29,948 bases of DNA, from NCBI GenBank assembly GCA_022615295.1, contig JAKEHF010000040.1:1-29948 (forward strand), given 5' to 3'. Below, piece after piece: positions 29,106-29,948 of the stretch (within the stretch, counting starts at the first letter, position 1; each line of letters starts with the position of its first letter). The notes under the pieces are model-generated. The model saw only the letters and a program-made list of their open reading frames with translations. It was not told where the DNA came from and ran no database searches. The translations under genes were made by a program, and so were the position numbers. Source of the DNA: Actinomycetota bacterium. GTDB taxonomy: Bacteria; Actinomycetota; Acidimicrobiia; Spongiisociales; ZC4RG35.

Positions 29106-29948
29106 TCAGGCCGCTTCCTCGGCCAGTCTGATGGCGGCGGACTCGTCGCTACGTATCCCTTCCGGGCGACCGGCGAAGGCCACGATGGCGACACCCGCCA
29201 GGATCAGGGGGAGGGCGATGAAGATGGCCCCGGTGATCGTCTCCCCACCCAGGGTGAGACCGAGGGCCACCGCCACCACCGGGTTGACATAGGCGTAGCT
29301 GGTTGCCAAAGAGGGTCGCACCGTGTGGATCAGATACACATAAGCCGTGAAGGCGACGAGTGAGCCGAAGATCGCCAGATACACGAATGCTCCCCAAGCC
29401 ACCGCGGGCACCGGTGACACCACACGCTCACCAATGGCCAGACCGACGACCGTCATCACCACACCGGCGGTGCTCAGCTGGATCGAGGCGCTGGTCATCG
29501 GCTCCGGGAGTTCGAGCTTGGTGCTCCACACCGATCCGAAGGCCCAGATCATCGGGGCCACCACCACCATGAGCATCCCCGATGGGCTGGAGCGGAAATC
29601 GCCCTCCGCGGCGAGGATGAGGACCCCGGCGAGGCCCACGGCGAGACCGACCCACTCGGTCCGACGTGGCCAGTTGCCATAGGCCCCGGCGATGAGGGCG
29701 GCCCAGACCGGGATGATCGCCACTGCGGTGGCGGCGACCGCCGAGCCCACACCGTGATGCTCGGCGAGAGTGACCAGACCGACACCCCCGACCAGCATCA
29801 GGGCTCCGGCCCTGGCGGAGTTCCAAACCTGGGTCGGCGTCGCCCGCAGACGCCCCCGCCAGCGGAGGAAGAGGACCATGAGGGCCCCGGCCACGAGGAA
29901 GCGGAATCCGTTGAGCAGGAAAGGCGGAAATCCCTCGAGACCTAGTCG
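29106..29948 (-). CDS. EamA/DMT family transporter (YedA-like); 5' end beyond the window
   Basis: The frame is open to the window edge (RLGLEGFPPFLLNGFRFL); YLAIFGSLVAFTAYVYL and ATSYAYVNPVVAV-x-LG. Confidence 0.9.
   Translation of the reverse strand, partial: RLGLEGFPPFLLNGFRFLVAGALMVLFLRWRGRLRATPTQVWNSARAGALMLVGGVGLVTLAEHHGVGSAVAATAVAIIPVWAALIAGAYGNWPRRTEWVGLAVGLAGVLILAAEGDFRSSPSGMLMVVVAPMIWAFGSVWSTKLELPEPMTSASIQLSTAGVVMTVVGLAIGERVVSPVPAVAWGAFVYLAIFGSLVAFTAYVYLIHTVRPSLATSYAYVNPVVAVALGLTLGGETITGAIFIALPLILAGVAIVAFAGRPEGIRSDESAAIRLAEEAA

Noticed and set aside
29103-29108. Back-to-back stop codons (TGATCA) of the convergent regulator and EamA genes
   Set aside because: A common outcome of compact gene packing; there is no evidence of function.

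Overview
High-GC chromosomal window, most likely from an actinobacterium (Acidimicrobiia-like; this is inferred from gene content and leaderless GTG starts). The left part (1-7600) is a purine catabolism block: partial uricase, a DUF6986/CitE-like lyase, 8-oxoguanine deaminase, a three-subunit xanthine dehydrogenase and a type-2 adenine deaminase. It meets head-on a minus-strand de novo purine block: purC-purS-purQ-purL-pfkA-mobA-purF-purM-thioesterase. Further right are paaI-like, LCP, purB, ycaQ-like, acyl-CoA dehydrogenase and purE genes (no purK), a Kelch-like exported protein, an MFS exporter, a small repeat protein, a large regulator and a partial EamA transporter. Two things stand out. 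(1) The regulator appears to be a membrane-spanning one-component receptor (SARP wHTH-BTAD + nSTAND1 NTPase + TM + extracytoplasmic BMP nucleoside-binding domain). The small gene just upstream of it is preceded by 11-bp-spaced heptamer repeats that look like a SARP operator. (2) An unexplained 49-bp degenerate direct repeat occurs at 320-368 and 16386-16434 (37/49 identical, ungapped) and brackets about 16 kb of purine genes. No rRNA, tRNA, CRISPR array, transposase or recognisable riboswitch was seen. Annotations come from motif recognition by eye, without database searches.
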